From IMG/VR virus record IMGVR_UViG_3300010355_000975: 64,000 bases of DNA. One strand, written 5' to 3'. Position 1 is the first letter of the stretch; the number at the start of each line of letters is the position of its first letter. The notes beneath the pieces are model-generated. The model searched no databases. It saw only the letters and a list, made by a program, of their open reading frames with translations, and had not been told where the DNA came from. The DNA is from a virus (taxonomy: Duplodnaviria > Heunggongvirae > Uroviricota > Caudoviricetes). A program made the translations under genes and the position numbers. Positions 17,697 to 27,803 of the stretch are shown piece after piece.

Positions 17697-18218
17697 ATGA
17701 AAAAAATTTTATCAATTTTGCTAATGTGTTTTTTATTAAGTGGATGTTCTTTTTTAAAAATTGCATCTGCTCCTCTCCAAGTTACCAAAAATTCTGTTCC
17801 TCAATCAATTATCCAATCTCAAGCAAAAATGATTTGTTCAAAAAATGCTGTATTTAATGAAGATGGATTAATTATTTCTTGTGGTGGAAAATATTATAAT
17901 TATGAACAAAATAAATCACAGCAAGATAGAAAATTAACTTTTTGGGAAAAAGTAAATCAAATGTTTACTAGAGGATTGGGATATATTGTTTGGTTAGTAA
18001 TCATTTCAGTTATTTTAACAGCAATGGGGTGTGGTGTTCTTGTATCAAATTTTTGGCAAGCGGTATTTGGTACAGGAAAAGTTTTGAAACAAGTCGTTCG
18101 AGGAGTGCAAGAAGCTAGAAAAAATAATAAAGATTTATCTACTGCTTTAAATGAATCAACTGACGAAAATGTTAAGAATTTTTTGATTAAATTTAAGCAA
18201 GAAAATAACATTAAATAA
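17697..18218 (+). CDS. lipoprotein with C-terminal TM segment
   Basis: Lipobox 'LLSGCSF' after MKKILSILLMCF. TM segment 'GYIVWLVIISVILTAMGCGVLV'. Confidence 0.55.
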   Translation: MKKILSILLMCFLLSGCSFLKIASAPLQVTKNSVPQSIIQSQAKMICSKNAVFNEDGLIISCGGKYYNYEQNKSQQDRKLTFWEKVNQMFTRGLGYIVWLVIISVILTAMGCGVLVSNFWQAVFGTGKVLKQVVRGVQEARKNNKDLSTALNESTDENVKNFLIKFKQENNIK

Positions 18219-18230
18219 GGAGAATTATAA

Positions 18231-18404
18231 ATGGGGTCATATTCAACAATTTATATTTCCAGTACAAAAGCTAAAGAATATATTTTAAATAAATTAATGT
18301 GTATGAGCGATAATGAATTAGAGAAATTAATGGATTCATTTTTAGAAAATAAATTATATAATTGTCGAATAGATGATGAAGGGCAAGATGACGATAGAAT
18401 TTAA
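18231..18404 (+). CDS. small acidic protein (57 aa)
   Basis: RBS AAGGAGAATTATAAATG. Hand-translated. Confidence 0.35.
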   Translation: MGSYSTIYISSTKAKEYILNKLMCMSDNELEKLMDSFLENKLYNCRIDDEGQDDDRI

Positions 18405-18461
18405 TTTATTGAAAATTTTTTAAGACAATTACATTATCTTGGTTAAAGAAAGAAAATTCAC

Positions 18462-18650
18462 GTGAAACCAAAAATTAAAATAAAAAATTGGATAATTACG
18501 GATGAGTATGGTTATTATCATTTAATTGGTGATGTAATCTATCATCCTAATCTTGGATCAACAAGAGCGTCAACATCAAAATTATTAAAAATTGATTTTG
18601 AAAAAATGACTGCGGAAACTCTTAATTCAATTTATCTATTGGAGAAATAA
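18462..18650 (+). CDS. small hypothetical protein
   Basis: ORF with GTG-adjacent start context. Low confidence. Confidence 0.35.
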   Translation: MKPKIKIKNWIITDEYGYYHLIGDVIYHPNLGSTRASTSKLLKIDFEKMTAETLNSIYLLEK

Positions 18651-18698
18651 AATAAGTCACCTGCAAGCCTCTTAACAATTTTTAAAAGGAGAATAAAA

Positions 18699-19418
18699 AT
18701 GCCATATGTACCAAGTAAAAAAACGGATGGAAAAAGTACAGATAGGGAAGTGATTGATGTAGCAGTTGAAGCATATTCAAATAGTTTAGTTGCAAAGATT
18801 AATACAAATTATGATGTGGTTAAAGTACTGGAATCATCATTGAGTAAGGTAGGTGTTTTAGCCAGTAATTTAGTGAAAACCGATTCATCTGAAGAAGGCG
18901 TTTTTATAGCAACAATTTTAACTGTTGGTGAAAAATATGGTTATGAAGGGGCATTTCTTGGTGAATTGAATTATGCTTGCACTAGGGCTATTCAAAGAGT
19001 GCCGCAATTATTAGCACAGCAGGGTAAATGTGGATTATCTCTTGGAAAAGAGTTACGTTATTGGTTATACGCAATGATTGTTTCTGCTTTAACCACTGTT
19101 TCTGTTCAATTGGCAAGCATTTCTAATCTTGGTGTAAGTGGAGTATTTGAGGATATTAAGGATGAGTATAAGGTTCGTGTTAATAAAAGCTATGAAATTG
19201 AACAAATTTTAAAATCTGGTGATTGTTATGATACACCTTATTTTAATAAAGTGGTTGAAGTTGTTGATGAAGAAGGAAAAAATGTGGGTTATACTTATAT
19301 TGAATTAAAAAATGATGGTAAAAATGTCTTGCTAGATAAAATGCCTTATAAATTAGTTGTAAAAAATACACAAATAGATAATTTGCAAAAAGAAATAAAA
19401 AATGATCAATATTTATAA
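18699..19418 (+). CDS. hypothetical protein
   Basis: RBS AAAAGGAGAATAAAAATG. The 3' end contains the left copy of a direct repeat. Confidence 0.5.
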   Translation: MPYVPSKKTDGKSTDREVIDVAVEAYSNSLVAKINTNYDVVKVLESSLSKVGVLASNLVKTDSSEEGVFIATILTVGEKYGYEGAFLGELNYACTRAIQRVPQLLAQQGKCGLSLGKELRYWLYAMIVSALTTVSVQLASISNLGVSGVFEDIKDEYKVRVNKSYEIEQILKSGDCYDTPYFNKVVEVVDEEGKNVGYTYIELKNDGKNVLLDKMPYKLVVKNTQIDNLQKEIKNDQYL

Positions 19419-20233
19419 AATTTTATGCGAGCCATATAGTTATGGTTTATCGTATGCATTACCAAAAGAATATAGTTCAGTTGTTGATGCTGAAAAAATA
19501 TTACATGAACTTATTATGGAACCTCTAACTTGTGCAATAGATTGTCGCTATTCAATTTTTGAAATTACAAAGTATATAGAAAAAACATCAATAGTTATAA
19601 CGGGCGGCGAAGGAACTATTAGTCAATGTACAAAGCAATATATGTCTAATTTTAATAATTTTATTGTAAATACTCCGCATTCCAATAGTTTAGATGTGAT
19701 AAAACGAGGATGCTGTTAATAATTATTTTATACATAATCATTGTGATATTTTAATTAATTGCGCCGGAATTTTAGAACCAGCACTAATTAAAGATATGAC
19801 GCTTGATATGTGGAACAAATGTATTAATGTTAATTTAACAGGAGCATTTTTATGTAGTAAATATGCAATATTAAATGGATGCAAAAGAATTATAAATATT
19901 GGGTCAACATCATCTTTTTATGGTAGAGGTGGATGGTCATCATATGGTGTGACTAAATCAGCATTATTGTCGTTTACAGAATCATTAAATGATGAAGGAA
20001 TTAAAGCACAAATATTATGTTTTGGCAGAACAAACACGAATTTACGAAAAAAATTGAATATTATTGAAGATATATCTAAAAATTTAGACCCAATTATAAT
20101 TGCAAGAGCGATTTTTGAAATCATAACAAATAAATACGATTCTATGCTTATATTTGTTGATAAATTAGGTAATATAACTGAAAAATCGAAAATAGAATGT
20201 ATAAATTTAGAAATACAAAAATTAATCAAATAA
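19402..20233 (+). pseudogene. short-chain dehydrogenase/reductase (SDR) gene interrupted by a +1 frameshift near the A4 run at 19701-19704
   Basis: N-terminal ORF has Rossmann 'SIVITGGEGTIS'. The downstream frame continues 'DILINCAGI...NVNLTGAF...SSYGVTKSAL' (the NAG and YxxxK SDR motifs). Deleting one A fuses the two frames. Confidence 0.5.
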
Positions 20234-20331
20234 TAGAATATAGCAAAAGGATTTTATGTGTTCATAAAATGTTCTTTTATGGGAAAAATGTCTTATAAAT
20301 TAGTTGTAAAAAACAAAACAATGGATGGTAT

Positions 20332-20571
20332 ATGGGTTATCATAACCGAAAAATTACAAAAGGAATTTTAGGAACAATTTCTAAAGTTAAAGAGGAAATT
20401 GAAGAATTTGAAGATGCTCAAGAACAAAAAAATAAAATCTTACAAATCGTAGAATTATCAGATATTTATGGAGCATTAGAAAAATTGGCAGAACAGTATT
20501 ATTTAACAATGGATGATTTAAAAAAAATGAGCGATAAAACTAAATCTGCATTTATGGATGGTGATAGATGA
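20332..20571 (+). CDS. hypothetical protein
   Basis: ORF. The right copy of the direct repeat lies just upstream. Confidence 0.45.
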   Translation: MGYHNRKITKGILGTISKVKEEIEEFEDAQEQKNKILQIVELSDIYGALEKLAEQYYLTMDDLKKMSDKTKSAFMDGDR

Positions 20572-21143
20572 TCGATTATCAAAAAATAAGTAATAGTGTT
20601 AATTTTTATAATCACTACGGGTTTATTCCTGTGGAAGTTCCTTGGATTGTGAATAAAAAGATTATAAATATTACATTACCATATAAACGGTCGCCAATAA
20701 TGTTAAATAATAATAAGAGCTGTTTAGTTGGATCGGCAGAACAATCTTTTTTAAAATTATTACACAATAAACGATTAAAAAAAGGACATTATCAAGCTAT
20801 TACGCCATGCTTTAGAGATGAGCAGGAAGATGCTTTGCATAAAAAATATTTTATTAAAAATGAGTTGATTGCTACGAAAGATGTTAATATTAAAAATTTA
20901 CAAAAAATTATAAAAATAGCTTATGAATTTTTTAATCAATATATTTCTAATTTATCGGTTATTCAAACAGATGCTCCAAAAATAGCAAAGTGTAATTTTG
21001 ATATTATGTATGATAATATCGAATTGGGGTCATATGGAATTAGAAATTATCAAGGATTAAAATGGATTTATGCAACTGGCTGTGCAGAACCTAGATTGTC
21101 AAGTGCAATGCAATATTATTTACAGAAAGAAAATAAATGTTAA
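20568..21143 (+). CDS. minimal class II aminoacyl-tRNA-synthetase-like catalytic core (AspRS/AsnA-type), no anticodon-binding domain
   Basis: Motif 1-like 'GFIPVEVPWIV', motif 2-like 'YQAITPCFRDEQED' (cf. AspRS YQI.KCFRDED), possible motif 3 'GCAEPRLSSAM'. Only 191 aa. Confidence 0.45.
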   Translation: MIDYQKISNSVNFYNHYGFIPVEVPWIVNKKIINITLPYKRSPIMLNNNKSCLVGSAEQSFLKLLHNKRLKKGHYQAITPCFRDEQEDALHKKYFIKNELIATKDVNIKNLQKIIKIAYEFFNQYISNLSVIQTDAPKIAKCNFDIMYDNIELGSYGIRNYQGLKWIYATGCAEPRLSSAMQYYLQKENKC

Positions 21144-23020
21144 TTGAATACTCTTTTGATGAAGGCTTTAAGAAGTTATTTAAAAAATTAGATCGAATGC
21201 CTCATGCTTATGAATTACGCCAACTGGATGGGATCGGCGAACAATTGGACTTAAATGAATTTAGTAGAAATTTCTTTAGTAAAAAAGGACAAACTACAGC
21301 AGATGTATCTGTTGATGCAAATGCGAATGTTGAAGGATTTTCTGTTGTTCATTATAATCACGAAGTAGTAAAACCACTACAACGTTTAAATGCTTATTAT
21401 TTATTGTGGAAATACGGCAAACAATTATTTAATGAAGAAATTGCCGAAGAATTAATTATTAAACAATTCACTAAAGAATATTATATAAATGATATGCATG
21501 GGCTACATGGACTTGCTTATTGTTATAACTTTTCAACCATGAATTTGCTTTGTGAAGGGATTCAATTTGCCGGACAAACAAAATCAAACCCGCCCACCCA
21601 TCTCTCTGCTTTTATTGGACAAGTTATTGCCTTTCTTACATTTAGTTGTAATCATATTTTAGGAAGTGTTGGGCTTAGTGATTTTTTAATTTGCTCGTCT
21701 TATTTTATTGAAAAAATGGTAGATGAAAATAAAGAATTACCTAATGATAAGATTATAGCATTAATCAAACAAGAATTTCAATCCTTTATTTTTTCAGCAA
21801 ATCAACCATTTAGATCAAGTATTCAGACTCCATTTAGTAATGTATCGGTTTTTGATGATGTATTTTTGACTAAATTATGTAATGATTATATATTTCCAGA
21901 AGGCAAAAAAGTACAGAAAGAAACTGTTAAATTTGCACAAGGATTATTTTTAGATTTAATGAATGAAACATTAAAAGCAACACCAATAACATTTCCTATT
22001 GTGACAGCTTGTTTTGCTACAGAAAATAATAAGATATTAGATGAGAGTTTTTTAGATTTTGTTGTAAACAAAAATTATGATTTTGGATTTATAAATATTT
22101 ATGCAGGTGTGACATCGACATTATCAAGCTGTTGCCGAATGAGGTCTAATACTGATAATGAATATTTTAATACATTTGGGAGTGGGTCAACTCGTATAGG
22201 AAGTCAAAGTGTTTGCACATTAAATCTTCCACGACTGGCATATATTTCACAAGATGAGAATCAATTTTTTGAAAGATTAGAAGAAAATGTCGTGGCAATT
22301 TCGAGAATTAATCAGATTAAACGATTCATAATTAAAAAGCGGATTGAAAATAATAACGCACCGCTTTATAATCTTGGGTTTATGACTTTAGATACACAAT
22401 ATTCGACTTGCGGGTTCAATGGGTTATATGAATGTTGTGAAATAATGGGAAAAAATATTTTAGCAGATGAAGGTCAGAATTTTGCAAAAAAGATTCTCGA
22501 TACAATCAACGAAGTCAATGATAAACAAGCAAAACATTTTAAATGCCCAATTAACATGGAACAGACACCTTCGGAAAATAGTGCTATTAAGTTGGCTGAT
22601 GCAGATCGTCTTTTAGGATATAATAAAACATACAAATTATATAGTAATCAATTTATTCCTTTAATTAATGAAGCAGATATTATTGATCGAATTAAATTAC
22701 AAGGAATGTTTGATAGTAGTTGTGGTGGAGGAAGCATTGCTCATTTAAATTTTATTGATAAAATTACTGATAAGAATTATTTGAAAAAAATAATTAAATT
22801 TACAATTGAATCAGGAGCAATCTATTTTGCTATAAATTATATTAATCAAGAATGTGTTAATAAGCATTTTACAATAGGAAAAAAAGTAATTTGTCCTATT
22901 TGTGGTGAAAAAATTATTGCTAATCGTACTAGGGTTGTTGGGTTTTGTACAAATGTAAATTTGTGGGCAGAAAAAAGACGAGAAGAATTTACTGAAAGGA
23001 AATGGTATGAACATTGCTAA
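21137..23020 (+). CDS. nrdD: anaerobic ribonucleoside-triphosphate reductase (class III)
   Basis: 627 aa. C-terminal zinc/glycyl-radical region 'CPICGEKIIANRTRVVGFCTNVNLW'. Confidence 0.8.
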   Translation: MLIEYSFDEGFKKLFKKLDRMPHAYELRQLDGIGEQLDLNEFSRNFFSKKGQTTADVSVDANANVEGFSVVHYNHEVVKPLQRLNAYYLLWKYGKQLFNEEIAEELIIKQFTKEYYINDMHGLHGLAYCYNFSTMNLLCEGIQFAGQTKSNPPTHLSAFIGQVIAFLTFSCNHILGSVGLSDFLICSSYFIEKMVDENKELPNDKIIALIKQEFQSFIFSANQPFRSSIQTPFSNVSVFDDVFLTKLCNDYIFPEGKKVQKETVKFAQGLFLDLMNETLKATPITFPIVTACFATENNKILDESFLDFVVNKNYDFGFINIYAGVTSTLSSCCRMRSNTDNEYFNTFGSGSTRIGSQSVCTLNLPRLAYISQDENQFFERLEENVVAISRINQIKRFIIKKRIENNNAPLYNLGFMTLDTQYSTCGFNGLYECCEIMGKNILADEGQNFAKKILDTINEVNDKQAKHFKCPINMEQTPSENSAIKLADADRLLGYNKTYKLYSNQFIPLINEADIIDRIKLQGMFDSSCGGGSIAHLNFIDKITDKNYLKKIIKFTIESGAIYFAINYINQECVNKHFTIGKKVICPICGEKIIANRTRVVGFCTNVNLWAEKRREEFTERKWYEHC

Positions 23021-23450
23021 TTTCCAGTTTCCTTGCTTTGTCCCGTATAATAAACCAGCCATTGAAATTTATGTTGCGGGATGTTTGGGCACTTGTCATA
23101 ATTGCCATAATCCTCAATTACACAATTTTAATTTAGGTAAGCCATTTGATTATGGATGCCTTGGTTATTTAAAAGAAAGAGAAGATTTATTTGAAGCAAT
23201 AGGTTTTTTAGGAGGCGAATTTTTAGATCAGAATTTAAGTGAATTTAAATCTGTTGCGAAATTATTAAGAAACATTTTTAAAACAAAAGAATTTTGGCTA
23301 TTTACACGGTATGAAATTGAGGAAATACCCGAATGGTGTAAGGAAGTATTTGATTATATTAAAGTCGGTAAATATATAGAAGAATTAAAACAGGAGGGAT
23401 TTCCTGCAAGTAGTAATCAAAAATTATTGAAAAAAGGAGTAAATTACTAA
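23007..23450 (+). CDS. nrdG: anaerobic RNR activating protein (radical SAM)
   Basis: 'GCLGTCHNCHNPQ' CxxxCxxC cluster. Immediately downstream of nrdD with overlap. Confidence 0.7.
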   Translation: MNIANFQFPCFVPYNKPAIEIYVAGCLGTCHNCHNPQLHNFNLGKPFDYGCLGYLKEREDLFEAIGFLGGEFLDQNLSEFKSVAKLLRNIFKTKEFWLFTRYEIEEIPEWCKEVFDYIKVGKYIEELKQEGFPASSNQKLLKKGVNY

Positions 23451-23764
23451 TGAATTTAAGAGATTATCAAAATAGAATTGAAGACACATGGATTAAAAAC
23501 GAAAATGATCGAGAAAGAATTATTTTAGGAATTTTTGGTGAAAGTGGAGAAATAGCTGAATTATTAAAAAAGAAATATAGAGGGGATATTATTGAGGATT
23601 TTTTAAAGAAATTAAGAAAAGAAATTGGTGATGTTTTTTATTATTTATGTAAATTATGTAATTATTATGGTTTTAGTGCTGAAAATATTTTACAAGAAAA
23701 CATTGATAAACTTAAAGATAGACAAACGAGAAATGCTATTAAAGGCAATGGAAATGATCGGTAA
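23450..23764 (+). CDS. MazG-like nucleotide pyrophosphohydrolase
   Basis: 'ILGIFGESGEIAELLKK...EIGDVFYYL'. Typical all-alpha NTP-PPase motifs. Confidence 0.7.
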   Translation: MNLRDYQNRIEDTWIKNENDRERIILGIFGESGEIAELLKKKYRGDIIEDFLKKLRKEIGDVFYYLCKLCNYYGFSAENILQENIDKLKDRQTRNAIKGNGNDR

Positions 23765-23794
23765 TTGACAAACGAATGACTGATATGTTATACT
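23765..23794 (+). promoter_or_regulatory. promoter TTGACA-N18-TATACTTTA (family member 2)
   Basis: ttgacaaacgaatgactgatatgtTATACTtta. Confidence 0.55.
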
Positions 23795-23807
23795 TTATGA
23801 GAGGTAT

Positions 23808-24416
23808 ATGATGAATAAATATAATCCAAACCATCCAACATCTATTTTAAATTGTCGTTATAAATCGTATCTTATTGGAGCAATGGAAAATCCAGCCAAA
23901 AATGATGGAGGAATTGGTTGGCGGCAAAATTTAATTCCAGAATTACAAAAAAGAGGCATTTATTCATTTGACCCTACTAGAGAGGAATTACAAAAAGTAG
24001 GAATGCCTACCGATGAATTAATGGCAAAATTAAATGGGTGGCAATTAAGTGGAAATTATGAAATTTTTTTAGAATATATGCGAAAAATTTGGAAAGGTAA
24101 TACTTATATTGAAGAAGATAAAATAACTGGTGAGCCAAAAATTATTCGAGTAATGGGCGACATTGATTATGTTGAAAATTCTGATTTTTTAATTTGGAAT
24201 CATGATGAACTAGATAAACCCGGTGGAACAATTTGCGAATTAATTATTGCATGGTATCGTGGAATTCCTGTATACTTAATTACTAAAATGGCAAAAAGCA
24301 AAATGAATAAGAGTTTACTTTATTTTCTTTTAGATAGCGGTTATGGACAGGGAAGAGTTTTTAAAAGTCAAGACGAATTACTAGAATTTTTAGATTATAA
24401 ATATAAGGAGAAATAA
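23808..24416 (+). CDS. nucleoside 2-deoxyribosyltransferase-like protein
   Basis: N-terminal 'SYLIGAMEN'. C-terminal 'PGGTICELIIAWYRGIPVYLI' resembles the D.GT.fE.G.A...KPV motif of the NDT/Rcl family. Confidence 0.4.
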   Translation: MMNKYNPNHPTSILNCRYKSYLIGAMENPAKNDGGIGWRQNLIPELQKRGIYSFDPTREELQKVGMPTDELMAKLNGWQLSGNYEIFLEYMRKIWKGNTYIEEDKITGEPKIIRVMGDIDYVENSDFLIWNHDELDKPGGTICELIIAWYRGIPVYLITKMAKSKMNKSLLYFLLDSGYGQGRVFKSQDELLEFLDYKYKEK

Positions 24417-24625
24417 TGTATAGAGAACAAGTAACAAGTTCAACAATTGATTCAATAGGTTATGATGCCGAATTAAAAATTTTAGAAATCCAATTTAAAA
24501 GAGGAGCAATTTATCAATACTTCAATGTTCCATTTGAAGTATATAAAGAATTGGTTACAGCAAAAAGTATTGGAAGCTATTTTATGAAAAACATCAATAA
24601 AAAATACGATTATAAAAAGGTATAA
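24416..24625 (+). CDS. KTSC domain protein
   Basis: 'IDSIGYDAELKILEIQFKRGAIYQYFNVPFEVYKELVTAKSIGSYF' matches the KTSC consensus. Confidence 0.7.
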   Translation: MYREQVTSSTIDSIGYDAELKILEIQFKRGAIYQYFNVPFEVYKELVTAKSIGSYFMKNINKKYDYKKV

Positions 24626-24626
24626 A

Positions 24627-24899
24627 ATGCCAGAAATCTATCCTGAATTAGAAGATATATTACAAGCAATTAATAAATACTCTGCTTTAAATCCAGATTC
24701 AATGTTTATATTTGGTTTTGTCGGATATAAACCGTCCGGTGATAAGGATTTAGAAAGTGGTGATGATATTTTAATTGCCGATGAAACAAAAACACATTTT
24801 GGCGGATTTGGAGAATTAATTGATGTAAGGATTTTATTAAATGATTTAAGGGATATAGTAGAAGATAATTGTGATGAAAATGATTGGGTAAATTTTTAA
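24627..24899 (+). CDS. hypothetical acidic protein
   Basis: ORF. Confidence 0.45.
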   Translation: MPEIYPELEDILQAINKYSALNPDSMFIFGFVGYKPSGDKDLESGDDILIADETKTHFGGFGELIDVRILLNDLRDIVEDNCDENDWVNF

Positions 24900-24912
24900 A
24901 GAAAGGGAAGAA

Positions 24913-25350
24913 ATGTTGGATAAAATTAAAAATTCAAACCCGAAGGATAGTGTTGGGACTAAAAAAGTTCCCTTTTCAACTGTTCCTGCTCCTGTTATTG
25001 CAGAAATCGGATTAGCAATGCTTGAAGGCAGTAGAAAGTATCGTAGGCACAATTATAGAGCAATTGGTGTTCGTGCATCAGTATATTATGATGCTTGTAT
25101 GCGGCATTTAACTGCTTGGTGGGAAGGCGAAAACATTGACCCTGATTCAGGATTAAGTCATGTGACAAAGGCATTGGCTTGTTTAACAGTTTTAAGAGAT
25201 GCAATGCTTCTTGATAAATGTGTTGATGATAGGCCGCCAAAAGTTAAACAGGGGTGGGTGCAGAAATTAAATGATTTAGCAAAAGAAATAATTGAAAAGT
25301 ATCCAGAAGAATTAGAGCCTTATACAGAACTAAACAAGGAGTTAAAATGA
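24913..25350 (+). CDS. conserved phage protein of unknown function
   Basis: ORF with RBS AAAGGGAAGAAATG. Confidence 0.45.
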   Translation: MLDKIKNSNPKDSVGTKKVPFSTVPAPVIAEIGLAMLEGSRKYRRHNYRAIGVRASVYYDACMRHLTAWWEGENIDPDSGLSHVTKALACLTVLRDAMLLDKCVDDRPPKVKQGWVQKLNDLAKEIIEKYPEELEPYTELNKELK

Positions 25351-25500
25351 GAAAAATGCCTAATCAATCACTATTTTCAATTCATAAAGCAATTGCCAAA
25401 GATCAATTTGATGAATTAAATTATGAAGGTGAAAATCCTAAATTAGCTAAACGAATTTTTATTAATCAGTATTTTGCTACTAGGGTAAAAATGGAGAAAA

Positions 25501-26376
25501 ATGACAAATAAAGTCATATTATTAGATATTAATGTGCTGATGTTTAAGTCAATACATAATTATTCAAGACTTATTCAACAAAAAATAGAATCAAAGAGTG
25601 ATGTTTTGATTATGAAGCCGCATTATACTTGTTTTATAATGATTCTTTCGGCGTTAAAAAAGATAGGTGTGGAAAAAAGTAACACAAAAGTTTTGGTATG
25701 TCAGGATGGCTCCTCATGGAGAAAAAAGGTTTATGCACCCTACAAAGCACAAAGAAAAGAACAAAGAGATAAGGTTAAATTTGTTGATTTTAATGAGCAA
25801 TTTAAAATATTTAATCAGATGTTTAAAGAATTAGATGAATCAACTGATTGGCACTTTATTCGTAATTGGTCATCTGAAGCAGATGATTTAATTAGTACAG
25901 CAGTTAGATTATTCAAAGATGATGAATGCATAATTGTATCAATAGATGGCGATCTTAAAATGTTGTGCTATTATCCAAATGTAAAGTATTTTACTCTTAT
26001 GAAAAAATGCAATGGGAGTAGAGGAATTTATGAAAAGGTTGATAATGCTTTAGGTATTTTAGCAAAAAAAAGCAGATGTGGCGATGTGGCAGATAATGTT
26101 TTAGTGGCGGTTGATGAAACCGAAGAAGATCAAATGCTTCGTCACCAAATCGTTAATCTTTTAGAGCTTCCTGACTATGTTGAAAAAGAAAATATTGAAT
26201 TGCTTTCCAATCTTCCAAAGAAAGAATTGCATCTTGATAAATTGCCTAATTTTAAAAATTGTAAAGAAAAATTTTTAGAAATCTATAATCCAAAATACAA
26301 AATTGATCCTGACTACTGTTATAAATTAGCTGAAAAAAGAGTTGAGCGGAAGAAAAAGGAGAAAGCAAAGAAATGA
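25501..26376 (+). CDS. 5'-3' exonuclease / flap endonuclease (PIN-like)
   Basis: 'VLVCQDGSSWRKKVYAPYKAQRK' and 'SIDGDLKML' match FEN/T4 RNase H-type N-terminal motifs. Confidence 0.65.
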   Translation: MTNKVILLDINVLMFKSIHNYSRLIQQKIESKSDVLIMKPHYTCFIMILSALKKIGVEKSNTKVLVCQDGSSWRKKVYAPYKAQRKEQRDKVKFVDFNEQFKIFNQMFKELDESTDWHFIRNWSSEADDLISTAVRLFKDDECIIVSIDGDLKMLCYYPNVKYFTLMKKCNGSRGIYEKVDNALGILAKKSRCGDVADNVLVAVDETEEDQMLRHQIVNLLELPDYVEKENIELLSNLPKKELHLDKLPNFKNCKEKFLEIYNPKYKIDPDYCYKLAEKRVERKKKEKAKK

Positions 26377-26506
26377 TTAAAATCTATAATAATAAAAACA
26401 CAACTCATTGTTTAAATTTTTCATGGCTTGGCTTTTACAGAATTTATGAAGGCAAATCTCTTTTAAAAATTGGAAATTATATTATAGAATTTGGCAGGTT
26501 AGTATA

Positions 26507-26818
26507 ATGCTTAAAATAAAGTATGTAAAACATATTCCTAAACAGAAAAATGCAAGTGGAGCATATTATTTAAAATCGAACACAATTTATATTAAGAAAG
26601 GATTAGCATTTTATAAACAATTTATTATATTTTTACATGAATTTGGTCATTGGTTTATTAATAAGTTAATTACTTCGTCAAATTCAGATTATTATGATTA
26701 TTGTTGGGATGTTTTGTGGGTAACATTTAATAAACATATTGTGAAAAAAGAATTTCAGTATTTAAATTATTTAACAATGTATTGGGATATAGAAATAAAA
26801 AAGGAGAAGAAATGTTAG
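26507..26818 (+). CDS. small HExxH motif protein (putative metallopeptidase-like)
   Basis: 'FLHEFGHWF'. Confidence 0.35.
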   Translation: MLKIKYVKHIPKQKNASGAYYLKSNTIYIKKGLAFYKQFIIFLHEFGHWFINKLITSSNSDYYDYCWDVLWVTFNKHIVKKEFQYLNYLTMYWDIEIKKEKKC

Positions 26819-27039
26819 AAATAGCAGTTGATCTATTGTTTATATGTAAAGTGGTGTCTTGGTGTTGTGTTTTTGGAGTTTTGTGCTATTTGATTAGTTT
26901 ATGATGGGCAAAGAATAAGTTTATTGAAGTCAAAAACATTGATGCAATCACCATGACATTGTTTTTTACAATGCCATTAATGCTAATTGTAATCCATTTA
27001 GTTGGTAAAATCTTATTAAATAATTAAAGGAGAAAAACA

Positions 27040-27792
27040 ATGACTAAAAAAGTATTGTATTTTATTGCAAAAAAAGGAATGGTTAAATTTTATGAAGACA
27101 ATGAGAAGTATAATCTATCTAAAGAATTAATGGATAGTGGGGTATTTATTGCTAATCCAATTGCTAAAGGAGATGTAGTTGAAATTACAAACGAGAAAGA
27201 CATTATTACTTCTTTAAAAAAGGTAGATGGAGTTGTTGAAGAAAAGGTGGCAGAAGTTAAAAAAGAAGAAAAGAAAGTAGAAGAAGTTGTTAAACCAGTA
27301 ATAAATGAGGCATCTACTGAAGTAACTAAGGTAAGTGAAAAAGTTGAAGCAAAGCAAGAAGAAAAAACGGATGTAAAATACACTAAGGGTATTTATACAA
27401 TTGCAGGAGTGTATGAAGATAAAAGATGCTTTGAAGAAGGAAAAATCAATGATTGTAAATGGATTTCTTTTAGTAAATTTGGTACAAAAGATGAATTGCT
27501 TACTAAAAATTTAGTAGCTAATGTTAAAGTAGAAATTGAAGTAGAAGATAATGTTGCAAAAAATTATCGAATTATTGAACAGCCAAAAGAAGAAAAAGCA
27601 GAAGAAAAGAAATCGGTCACACAAAAAACCGACACCAATAGTAGTATCGAGAAGCAGGTGGCACTCAAGGAAGCTGGAGCAATCGTGCGATCATTAATTG
27701 AATCACCAAATACAACTTTATCAACAACAGAAGTAAAGGAATTATTAACTGAATTAACTAACGTGGCTTATGAAGCATTAACTAATTTATAA
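27040..27792 (+). CDS. Lys/Glu-rich hypothetical protein
   Basis: RBS AAAGGAGAAAAACAATG. Low-complexity KE-rich centre. Confidence 0.45.
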   Translation: MTKKVLYFIAKKGMVKFYEDNEKYNLSKELMDSGVFIANPIAKGDVVEITNEKDIITSLKKVDGVVEEKVAEVKKEEKKVEEVVKPVINEASTEVTKVSEKVEAKQEEKTDVKYTKGIYTIAGVYEDKRCFEEGKINDCKWISFSKFGTKDELLTKNLVANVKVEIEVEDNVAKNYRIIEQPKEEKAEEKKSVTQKTDTNSSIEKQVALKEAGAIVRSLIESPNTTLSTTEVKELLTELTNVAYEALTNL

Positions 27793-27803
27793 TCGAGGCA
27801 ATC

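Noticed and set aside
26812-27040. Two very short hydrophobic ORFs (about 30 and 24 aa) between 26812 and 27040, as a possible holin pair
   Set aside because: Too short, with no lysis-gene context (the SleB-like hydrolase is 20 kb away on the other strand). Noted only.
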